A DNA stretch of 56,283 nt, counting the filler, from Sphacelaria rigidula (Eukaryota), in NCBI GenBank assembly GCA_964200075.2. It is 5 parts of 5 records of this genome, joined end to end, with 100 filler letters (N's around TTAATTAATTAA, not from the genome) between each part and the next. Parts side by side here need not be neighbours in the genome. Positions count along the whole stretch, not along the records: positions 33,836 to 45,010 come from CAXNAA020005283.1; positions 45,111 to 56,283 come from CAXNAA020005284.1; 3 more parts are not named here. The stretch is one strand, 5' to 3'. Shown here piece after piece: positions 36,806 through 45,910 of this stretch. The notes under the pieces were generated by a model. It did no database searches and was not told the DNA's origin. It saw only the letters and a list, made by a program, of their open reading frames with translations. Position numbers and translations under genes: made by a program. Within the stretch, counting starts at the first letter, position 1. The number at the start of each line of letters is the position of its first letter.

Positions 36806-39800
36806 TCAAGAGCGAGTTCGGCAGCGAGCTGCGTGTGTCTGGCCGACCATGTCAAAAGATAGAGCTGTTTCTACACCATATGGTGTAATCGTCTTGCTGG
36901 TGGAATGAATACCTGTCTTTGCTAGCTGTGCTCGCCCTGCGGAAGACTGCAGAAATGTGCTGAACTGTGTCCTCTCTACCGCCTCCAGGTACTGCAAAAA
37001 GTCAATTTCTCCACCCTGTAGCAACATCCGATGTTACGGCAAAGCAAAAAAAATGAATTTGGTGTAGGTCTCAAAGGTCCCGCAGGTCCTGATGTGGCAC
37101 GGCGCGCCAAGTGCAAGCTCACAAACATCTATTGTACGTTCGATCGCAACCACTTACAGACTGAATACATGTGTTCCGGTTCTTGTAGCCGCGATGTATC
37201 TTCCTGTACTTACACGTCGAACTGCATTCTCACCAAAACATCTAACGAATATCTTGAATGTGAACCGTCTCAAGTGCTACATACATGTGCGATATTTTCC
37301 AAGTGCAGTGTGCCATATGTACTTGCATGTCGGGACGTGCACGTGCGTCCCTGATGGCTATACAACGGTAGCAACTCGATGGATCCAGTCAAGACACGAA
37401 GCACATTTACAACTGATCTCTGCATGCTGTCGCCAAATTGTGGTTCCAGACATTCGATCAATCAATCAATCAATGCCACCGGGCGGACAACGTACTGTTT
37501 CTTTCTGGACGTGCAAAAGGCTTATGACGCAGTACGGAGAAATGGGTTGTGGGAGAAGCTGTGGGAAGCTGGGATAAGAGGAAAGATGTGGAGAATGGTG
37601 AAGAAGATGACATAATCAAAAAGTGAACGGCGCAGGTATTTCACTAGTCTTGGACGAGAGAGCAGTCGCCACAGACCAGTTTGTGCTTGCCTGAGTCCCG
37701 GTCTCTCGCATACCCTCCCCGAAGAGCTCTTTTAGTTTCGCCTCCATCTTGGCTCGTCCGTACCTATCGAAAGCAAAGTACGGACGATGAAATCATCGAC
37801 GTTGGAGTCAAAATCTGCATGTTACCTCGTCACCTGACATGGTAGGTGCTATAAGCTCTACAGTGACTGCTTGGTTGATGACTCGGTCGTGGCCTCCCCC
37901 CGACATGTTGTGTTGCTAGACCAAATAGCCATTCACCTGGCGTAGAGCATATTCATTGTCTCGTCGACGGAGACGTTGACGTTGTTGTCCACGTCGTAAA
38001 GCATGAACTGTACCATGTTGTACAGCTTTGCTGGCTCCAGCCCGGTGTTGTCATTGATATTCCTAAAAAACATGAGCCTGAACTCCTCCCTTATGAATGT
38101 TTTTTCCAGTGGCGTCGGTAGCGAATAAACAAGGAACACAGGAAGTGCAGTCGCTTTGAAGAGTAGGGAAACAAACCGGTGGTGCGTTGGGACGCAGCAG
38201 GACATAATGCAGAAATGTAGGTTCCGGGGTCGAAACGAACCATGTGATGCCACCACATCACCACGGGACCGATGTACTCAGGCTGGAACATTCATCGAAG
38301 GCGGTGCTGCCGCCCTATCAGTTACAACCGCACATCTCAAGTATCGAAGACGTCCGATGCAACATTTGTATACACCTGCAACCGTCCAGAAAATAAGCGC
38401 CAATCCATAGGAACAATAGCGAGTATAATACGCTCTTCCTCTGCTCGTGTAACGGGCTACAATATGCTTATATGCTTGTACTGACTGCAAGGTTTTACCT
38501 ACCAATCAATCGCTCCGTCCAGGTTCTCGTCCACTTCCCACACGATATCGGTCACCTCTTTCCGGCTGCATCTCTTCCCCAAGAACTTCAGGTGCTCCCA
38601 GACATCCTGCTCGAGTGTGGAAATTACGCGTATGTAGGGTGGCTTTGTCGCAGAGAGGTGTGTAAGTGAGGTTTCAGCACCAATTTCGACCATGAATTAC
38701 ACCCCCCGCCCCCCCCCCGCCCGCCCCCCCTACTAGTCATAACAAAAGTTGGCGCAAATCAATGGACAAATAACTTACGCACACGCTATTGATTTGGCCG
38801 CTTGTGTTGACTTACCACTACTTTAATCTTCTTATCCGGGTTGTTCTCGATACGCGATACTTCTTGCTCCAGGTCGCGCACCTCTCGCGTAAGGCGGTCT
38901 TCCTATAGGCAGCATTCCCGCAATGACGGAGCTTAGAAATATTGAGGTTTCGAACAGAGCATATATCGGTATACTTGGACACACAGCAGGTGCACATACT
39001 TGGGTCGAATTCATTGTTATCGATGCGAAAACCAAAGATGGAGGGGGGTCACCTGGCGTCCGGTGTGTACATGAGAGGTGTTGTAATGCGTGAGAGGACC
39101 GCGTGCTTAGAGGACCGCATCGGGATTTGAACATCCCTATGGTAAGGGTTACGGTTAGTGTTAGTGTTAGTGTCATGGTCAGGGGCGTGGTACCTGCAGG
39201 GACTGGCCCGATTGGTTTAGAAAAACATCGATCCTGAGGTGTTTTGAATTACGGCGTGGTCCTCTAAGCACGCGGTCCTCTCACGCATTACAGATGTGCT
39301 CACATGCACACTAAATTGACACGATAGGCACATACGCAACGTAGAGGTCGATGCAACAGGAGACACACTTTATGGCCATTAGTGTGTAGAACACAATCTT
39401 CACTAGTAAATGCTCACGCCAGATGAACGTGTAACTGTCGTTAGTTGTGATGCCAAAGTCTACTCTCGCCTTCGGCAGCAGCCTCATTCCAAGCTCTCCC
39501 AATTGCTGATCCTAGATCTTACCTCTAGCCTGGTGCTAGCATCGTTGACCAAGACCTTGGCCTGCTTTGATTGTGGGGGAGCAGATAGCACCTCCAGCCG
39601 TGCTCGCAATGCGTGAATCTCTTTTCGAATCCTGTCGCAGAGGGGCTGTCGAAGTGAGGACCCAGGGGTGTAGTCGTACCCTTTACCTTTCGCTAGTATT
39701 CAAGCGAGGGGATCTTCCATTGGATAGAGTGAGCCTTATCGATTTCTGCGCCTCGACAGCGTTCATCTCAACTCCAGTGCCTACGGTTCTTCCAGAAACT

Positions 39801-41236
39801 GGCACGTCTGATGCGTCAATACCCGCTCGATTCCAGTGTACTTCCATGTATATTACGCGGCGCAGGTCATACATTTTGTATCGGGCAACACCGAAGGATG
39901 ACCTGCCAACGCCTACGCAGTCCTCTGTTTGCTGGGCATCATCAGCCGCGGTCGAGGTGCGTGAGTTTTCACAGCCCCGCAGATCATGTGTGTGTGTATT
40001 GTCATCCTTTACACCAACGATACAGTACAGCAATGGGTGAATACCGCCAGCAGTGCATACTTCTACGTACTGCACCCAACCATATTTACCACGAGAGGCA
40101 TTGATGAAGACGTGACTACGTGGCCCATATGATGCGACGCGGAAGTTCGCTTGAAACAGTGCACGAGCCAGACGGTGACTTTTTCCGGTATAATATTTTC
40201 CTACTGTAGTGTCAATTTGTTATAGGTGCATGCAGCACCGTGCTGAGACTAGAACGGCTGAAATAATCCACAGGCACCGGAGGTAAGGTAGGTACCCGGT
40301 ACCGGTATTTAGGACATCTCATACCCCACCGATACTGGTCCAATCCGGTATTTTCAAGTGTCATACCTACGATACCTGCGATACCAGGGTATTTCGATAT
40401 TTCAGTACCTACCTCACCCGCCCAATCCGGTATTTTGAAATGTCATACCTGCGATACCTACGATACGATACCAGGGTATTTCGAGATTTCAATACCTACC
40501 GTATCCGCCCAATCCGGTATTTTCAAAACTCATATCTACGACACCTACGCATACCAGGGTATGGGATACTCCGGTAAATACCGGGGGTACCCTCGGTAGG
40601 GTACCTTACTACGGTGCCTGTGAAAACTTCGACTGCCCAACTTGCACCCAGATCTGGAACGCTTTGCACTACCATATGGCAGTTTTGAATTCGGTACAGA
40701 GGGTAAGGCAGGTACCCGGTACCGGTATTTGGGACATCTCATACCTACGATACCAGCGATACAAGGATATTTCGAGATTTCAATACCTACCGTACCCGCC
40801 CATCCCGGTATTTTGCAATGTCATACCTACGACACCTACGCAAACCAGGGTATGGGATACTCCGGTAAATACCGGGGGTACGCTCGGTACGGTACCTTAC
40901 CTACGACGCACGGTGCCTGTGAAATAATCATCATCCGCGCGGTAGAGTGCATGATGGATAGTAGAGGGCATCGCCATGAACTACCGCGAAGAAGGGCCAA
41001 ATACATGTGAACCTGCACTCCAGAATGTCATTAGTCTAGCGCTGTGTGCTAACTGCAAACTGCTCACCCAATTCAATTTCTGTCTCCAAATCAAAGCAAC
41101 CATGCCTCTTGCATTGTAAGCCTTAGAACACTCACTTTTCCTTGTGGCTGAAGTCGCACAGGCGGTCGTACGCCCTTCTCAGGCCCTTGTCTTCTTGTGG
41201 ACTGATCTCGATTACCCCTCCTTCCTCGTCCGCCAT
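36806..41236 (-). CDS. EF-hand calcium-binding protein (calmodulin/centrin-like fold with insertion), 7 coding exons
   Basis: Phase-compatible exons 41236-41136, 39631-39523, 38902-38816, 38606-38503, 38089-37937, 37763-37691 and 37015-(36913 donor or stop at 36806). Start context is accATGG. EF loops are [12 protein letters not shown] and [12 protein letters not shown]. The 3' end is uncertain. Confidence 0.88.
36913..37015 (-). CDS. EF-hand gene exon 7 ([18 protein letters not shown])
   Basis: TACAG acceptor. It either splices at G|GTATTC or reads on to the stop at 36806. Confidence 0.8.
37481..37612 (+). mobile_element. LINE RT fragment in an intron
   Basis: Encodes [32 protein letters not shown], the non-LTR RT motif DxxKAYD. 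Confidence 0.85.
37691..37763 (-). CDS. EF-hand gene exon 6 ([17 protein letters not shown])
   Basis: GATAG acceptor and GC donor CAG|GCAAGC. Confidence 0.82.
37937..38089 (-). CDS. EF-hand gene exon 5 (EEFRLMF..MLYA)
   Basis: An AAG acceptor completes the Trp codon; donor AG|GTGAAT. Confidence 0.88.
38503..38606 (-). CDS. EF-hand gene exon 4 ([16 protein letters not shown])
   Basis: GCAG acceptor and TG|GTAGGT donor. Confidence 0.9.
38816..38902 (-). CDS. EF-hand gene exon 3 ([16 protein letters not shown])
   Basis: TATAG acceptor and GTG|GTAAGT donor, 29 codons. Confidence 0.85.
39082..39292. mobile_element. MITE, 211 bp, with TGT..ACA ends
   Basis: Perfect 35-bp TIR TGTAATGCGTGAGAGGACCGCGTGCTTAGAGGACC. 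Flanks are GGTGT / GATGT. The interior has GGTTAG/GTTAGT hexamers. Confidence 0.88.
39523..39631 (-). CDS. EF-hand gene exon 2 ([13 protein letters not shown])
   Basis: GACAG acceptor and GAG|GTAAGA donor. Confidence 0.8.
40269..40921. mobile_element. Dimeric TIR element with 8-bp TSD (hAT- or P-like)
   Basis: TIR CACAGGCACCG / CGGTGCCTGTG with TSD AAATAATC (40261-40268, 40922-40929). The body is duplicated and an extra internal right end lies at 40622. Confidence 0.88.
41136..41236 (-). CDS. EF-hand gene exon 1 (MADEEGG..DFSHKE)
   Basis: Donor AA|GTGAGT, phase 2. An alternative in-frame ATG lies at 41251. Confidence 0.8.
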
Positions 41237-41447
41237 GGTTCCATCAACCATACACCTGTCAAATCGTTACGACGACCTTCGCCAATATCGGCTATCAGGT
41301 GGCAAACCACACTGATCGCCACTTCAATTTCGGTACTCTATCCGGATACTGCATAGTCGATTCTGGGATGCTCGAAGCTCTTTATCTCGAACGCGGCGTA
41401 GATATAATGTGTTGCATTTGCATGGATGATTCGTCACCGTTTCGCCC

Positions 41448-41478
<31 letters not shown>
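41448..41478. repeat. (TTG)n microsatellite
   Basis: Directly visible. Confidence 0.95.
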
Positions 41479-41499
41479 CTTCACATTAAAGCCCTGCAG

Positions 41500-41733
41500 G
41501 TAGTATTTGCGCCGCATCATTCACCAAATTCCACCGCATCTGGCGCAAGGAAGTTCATCCCGTCAAAACTTTCGGGGAGGGCGGAGGAAGAGGGCGAGAC
41601 TTGCTCCTGTAAGATTGCAGAGCACGACATAATTATGGTTGTCGATTATGAAGACATCACCAGCGATGAGGCCGTGTCGTTCTGTTTGCCCAATCCCTCC
41701 AAGGCAAGGGAAGACACCCTCAACCTCGTGCAG
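41500..41733 (+). CDS. Possible isolated exon, unknown product
   Basis: Bounded by CTGCAG and CAG|GTATGT, with 78 open codons. No partner exons or recognisable motif. Confidence 0.25.
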
Positions 41734-42396
41734 GTATGTGCAACACAGCTGGAAGGTACCGCCCTCTTTTGGCGACATGTGGTATACTGCACCTGTCCAA
41801 AACCCTTCGGAAGGATTACCGATGTGTAAAACCTCGCCACATTCTTGTGCTCAATGCAATGAACTTGGAGGGAGTCCCATCAATATTTCACAAGTTACTT
41901 CGCACCATCGCCCTTGGGTAATATGCAGGAGGGGTGATATACAACGTACGGGTGAGATATCACGCGTCGAACAGTATCCCTCCAGCAGCAGCTCGGGTAT
42001 ACCACGTGTTGAACTGTACACCCCAACGGTTACACTAACTTTGCGAGTATTCGAGCTGCTGCTGGAGGACAAAGTGGTGCCTTAATATAGAACAAAAAAT
42101 ATTTCATCGATTCTTGTAATGCAGCATTTCATGATGCCTGCGAGCGCTCGCCGGATATGATTTCACCCGTGGAGGGATTTAGAGGTTCCGTGGGCTCAAA
42201 AGTTCTGATACAAGGTCACCCCTCCGTTTTTGGATTTTAGAATGCAGTACTATTAATAGCGGGTGCACTTGGGGGTGAGACTCCAGCCCCAAGTTTTCAG
42301 CTCCTTCCTCCCAGAAGGAAATCGATCAGGTACGAGAGTAGTGAAATGGACCAGGGTAATAATCCAATAACACTCTCGTGGGGGGGGGGAGGGGGG

Positions 42397-42463
42397 CGTA
42401 CTCATTTGTTGCTTGCCTTAGTCGTTTGACCATTGACCGCGCATCCCTCTCGAGACGGAGTAC
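42397..42463 (-). mobile_element. Tail-only copy of the LINE 3' end
   Basis: Reverse complement of the LINE tail, with degenerate TSD CTCGTGGGGGG / CCCGTGAGGGA. Confidence 0.8.
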
Positions 42464-42948
42464 AGTCCCGTGAGGGAGGGGGTCGATAAAGTTTCATTAA
42501 TAGTTTTGGCGAAAAGCTAGGATGAGTACGTGCAACCTGTAAAAAAATGTTGTACACTAAAGTAGCGAGCTATCTCTCCATGTTTTCGTGTGAAGTGAAG
42601 ATGGGTGGCAGCTTCTACCTCGAGATATACAATCAATGTAGTAATTGCCAGTCCTCCCCTTACAGGAAACGGGGTAGGTACACGAGTAATCAAGTGAAAT
42701 AAACCTGGGTTCAAATCACAGTCTCGTGGTGGAGCGGGATGAGGTCACGGTGAATTTGTGCCAGAAGCTGACCATATGTATTGGTAAAATATTTCATCGG
42801 ACCCAGGTTGAACTGTTGACTTATTGTCAAACATTAATTGATCCGCGAGGGACACTACCGTGGTCATTACATAGAAGTTAGACGTACCCAATGTGAACAA
42901 ATCAGAATTGTCTCTATTTCTGTTTTGCGTTTTTAAAATTACAGACTA

Positions 42949-43794
42949 CGAGCTGGGCCAGCCGAGAAGCGATTCTGCAGTTTGCAGGCCCATTATACGG
43001 CCAATACTTGGAGTTGGACCCTGAAATTTGGTATGGACAATGAGTTGGGCATAATAAAAAAAATTACTGGCGTACACAAGGGATTTTTTTTTTCATGAGT
43101 TAGAGGCATTTTACCGATATCTGAAAACTGATTATTGCCCTTAACTCATGAAAACAAAATCCCTTGTGTACGCCAGTAATTATTTTAATTATGCCCTACT
43201 CATTATTCATACCAAATTTCAGGGTCCAACTCCAAGTATTGGCCGTATAGTGGGCCGTTTATTGACAGGGTCAGAAGAAATCCGGAACAGCATTTTGCAG
43301 GCCATTTACTGGCCCACATTTGGTGTTTGTGTATTGAAATCTTGTGTGGGCGCTCTCTAAGGCATAATTAACAAAAGAAAGTGGATCAGGTTATTTTTTT
43401 CCGATTTTTCCCAGTGGTTTAGGGCGTTCTACTATGGTAAAGATCATATTTCACGAGAACGCCCTGATCTCTGTGAACAAAAAAAATTGGAAGGCCCATT
43501 TGTTTTTTTGGCACTCTTTTGTGGTTCTCCACACCAAAATTCGTCGCCATCCGCTAAACGCATCGATCGGGAGTTTCATAGAGATTTTACTATTGGCGCT
43601 ATTTCCCTTAGGTATAGGAATTACTAGGTATGGGGTTCAATCAACGAGAAAGTTTGGACCCAAAATTTTGAGCAGATGGGCACTTTCCCCTTGATTAGAC
43701 GATTGATACGATATGCGGATCACGGCCCAACTCGTTTGTGTCGATGAGATATTGCTACTAGAGCTTAAATCCGTTTTTAGGCTGGCCCAGCTCG
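42949..43794. mobile_element. Non-autonomous TIR element (TA-flanked, Tc1/mariner-like; Sola-like reading also possible)
   Basis: TA-CGAGCTGGGCCAGCC at the left and GGCTGGCCCAGCTCG-TA at the right. Confidence 0.8.
42987..43256. repeat. Near-perfect hairpin with ~120-bp arms and ~27-nt loop
   Basis: 42987-43108 is the reverse complement of 43136-43256 with few mismatches. Confidence 0.92.
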
Positions 43795-44403
43795 TACCAT
43801 CACAACAACGGTAGTAGTCCAGAGAAAGTGGCCCCTACAGCGAGAGAGAAACGGCCAACATCAATAGATGCGTTACTCTGTAGTAGTTTTCAAACACTGC
43901 AGCTACAGCACCCTTTTTCTACGGGATGTAGGGTGTATACCCAACGGATCGAGCAGCGGGCAGTTTTGATTTCAACGGGTAGTGCAAATCCTCTACAGTA
44001 GGACGGAAACATCTTGAGCTACTGTATGTAGTACACACAAATTCATTGCTCTCCACTCCCGAAATGGTGAAGGGAGTGAAGGGACAGCAGCGAGAATAAG
44101 CGTTATTAAGAGTGACGGATGGCTGGTGGCAAGTACCAAGGGATGGTTTGAGTAGCAAAAAGCCTCGGAATCGAACAATGTGCCGGGCACAACACCAGTT
44201 ATTTCCATAAGATGCGAACTATTAACACTTCAAAACGGACTCGCCACCAAACAGTCTGCAACTCAGCGCTGGTTGCCTTGATCCGCAAATAATCTCATGT
44301 TTTTTTTTGCCTACGTGAATATGTATACGTGAACCCCGAGGTGAAAACAACACTTGATAATATTATGGACCTATGTGTATTATGTTATACATAGCCCTCT
44401 TAA

Positions 44404-44521
44404 CCCTTTTAGAACCCATTGACGATTTTTGTTTTTGTGAATCGGCATCACTTTCAGTCATTTTCACGTCAAAATAATGCCAATTAAAAAAAACAAAAAC
44501 CGTCAACGGGTTCCCGAAGGG
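44404..44521. mobile_element. piggyBac-type MITE, 118 bp
   Basis: TTAA-CCCTT...AAGGG-TTAA with ~45-bp imperfect TIRs. Confidence 0.85.
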
Positions 44522-44532
44522 TTAATGGTTGC

Positions 44533-45010
44533 GCCTGGTCCGGCGGAAACCCGGCGTGCTCCGTCCCGGCGTTGTAGGGGCGAACCAACCCCCTATGGGG
44601 TTGGCGTCGGTTGGCGATGACGTTGTGAAACACGCCACTCAATGCGTAAGCTAGGCGATCAGGTCACCGGTTTTTTGCAACCTTGCGTTTTTGGGGGGGT
44701 AACCATGATGGTAGTCGAGCTAGATCATGTTGTGTGGCGTGGGAAAACCTCAATTCCGCGCAGAGGGGATGATCGTTCCACGTAGTGTTTGCATGGTGAG
44801 ACACCCATGAGGCAGTGTATACGCCGTGGCTGTCTCTAGGAGTGGCGATACCAGAAAATGAATGAACGCATTGGGGAATATCATCCAAATGCAAGATAAT
44901 CAGTAGGCTTCGGGCTGAACAATCTTAGCAGGATACAGCTCACCCTTCATGCGAGTCGCCGAACACACCACGGCGCTTCGCGCTTGGTGATTGACGGCGA
45001 ACCTGGTCAG
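44533..45010 (+). repeat. Unclassified ~470-bp dispersed repeat with short terminal direct repeats
   Basis: Homologous in inverted orientation to 45111-45588 and 45659-45910; a fragment also lies at ~20225-20305. Confidence 0.8.
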
Positions 45011-45110
45011 NNNNNNNNNNNNNNNNNNNNNNNNNNNNNNNNNNNNNNNNNNNNTTAATTAATTAANNNNNNNNNNNNNNNNNNNNNNNNNNNNNNNNNN
45101 NNNNNNNNNN
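45011..45110. other. Artificial scaffold spacer
   Basis: N44-TTAATTAATTAA-N44. Confidence 0.97.
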
Positions 45111-45910
45111 GCTCGCACTCATTCACCAAGCGCGAAGCGCCGTGGTGTGTTCGGCGAGTCGCATGAAGGGTGAGCTGCATCCTGCCAAGATCATTCGGCC
45201 CGTAGCCTACGGATCATTATCTAGCATTTTGGATGACAGCCTACAATGAGTTGCTTTATTATCTGGTATCGCCACTATTATACCAGAGACAGCCACGGCT
45301 TATACACTGCCTCATGGGTGCCTCACCATTTAAATACTACGTGGTACGATCATTCCCATTGTGCGGAATTGAGGTTATCCCACGCCGCACAACATGATCT
45401 AGCCCGATCACCATCATCATAGTTACCTCAAAAAAACGCAAGCGCGCGAAAAAAACAGTAACCTGGTTGCCTAGCTTACGTAGTGAGGGGCGTGTTTCAT
45501 AGCGTCATAGCCAACCGACGCCAACCCCATCAGGGATCCGCCCCTAAAAGCCGGGACGTAGCACGCCGGGTTCTCGCCGGACCAGGCCCCGGGGGGAGGG
45601 GGGGGGATTGGAGGGGGCACTCATGTGTCTGCCTCCCGTTGTCATGAGACCAGCATTGCTACAAGGTCGGGACGGAGTACGCCGGGTTTCCGCCGGACCA
45701 GGCCCGAAGCCAATCACCAAGATCAAACCGCCGTGATGTGTTGGGCGAGTCTCACGAAGAGTGGCCTGCATCCTACAAATATTGTTCGGCCGGAAGCGTG
45801 CGGATTATCTTGAGTATAGATGACAGGCTCGATCGAGTTGCTTCATTCGGTGGTGTCGCCACTCTCAGAAAAGCCACGGGCCACACATTGCCTCATGGGT
45901 GCCTCAGCTG
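45111..45910 (-). repeat. One near-full and one partial copy of the ~470-bp repeat
   Basis: TCACCAAGCGCGAAGCGCCGTGGTGTGTTCGGCGA is shared with 44.95 kb. The motif CGGGACG.AG.ACGCCGGGTT..CGCCGGACCAGG occurs at ~45550 and ~45668. Confidence 0.8.

Noticed and set aside
41405-41480. RING-like CCICMDD followed by poly-Cys
   Set aside because: The poly-Cys is a (TTG)n microsatellite and the remaining RING ligands are absent.
42690-42730. Pol III B-box-like GGTTCAAATC (also GGTTCGAA on the minus strand at ~32065)
   Set aside because: No cloverleaf and no properly spaced A-box, so it is not called a tRNA or tRNA-SINE.
44533-45588. Apparent ~1-kb palindrome centred on the gap
   Set aside because: The arms lie on different scaffolds joined by an artificial spacer and are clearly diverged. 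They are two copies of a common repeat.
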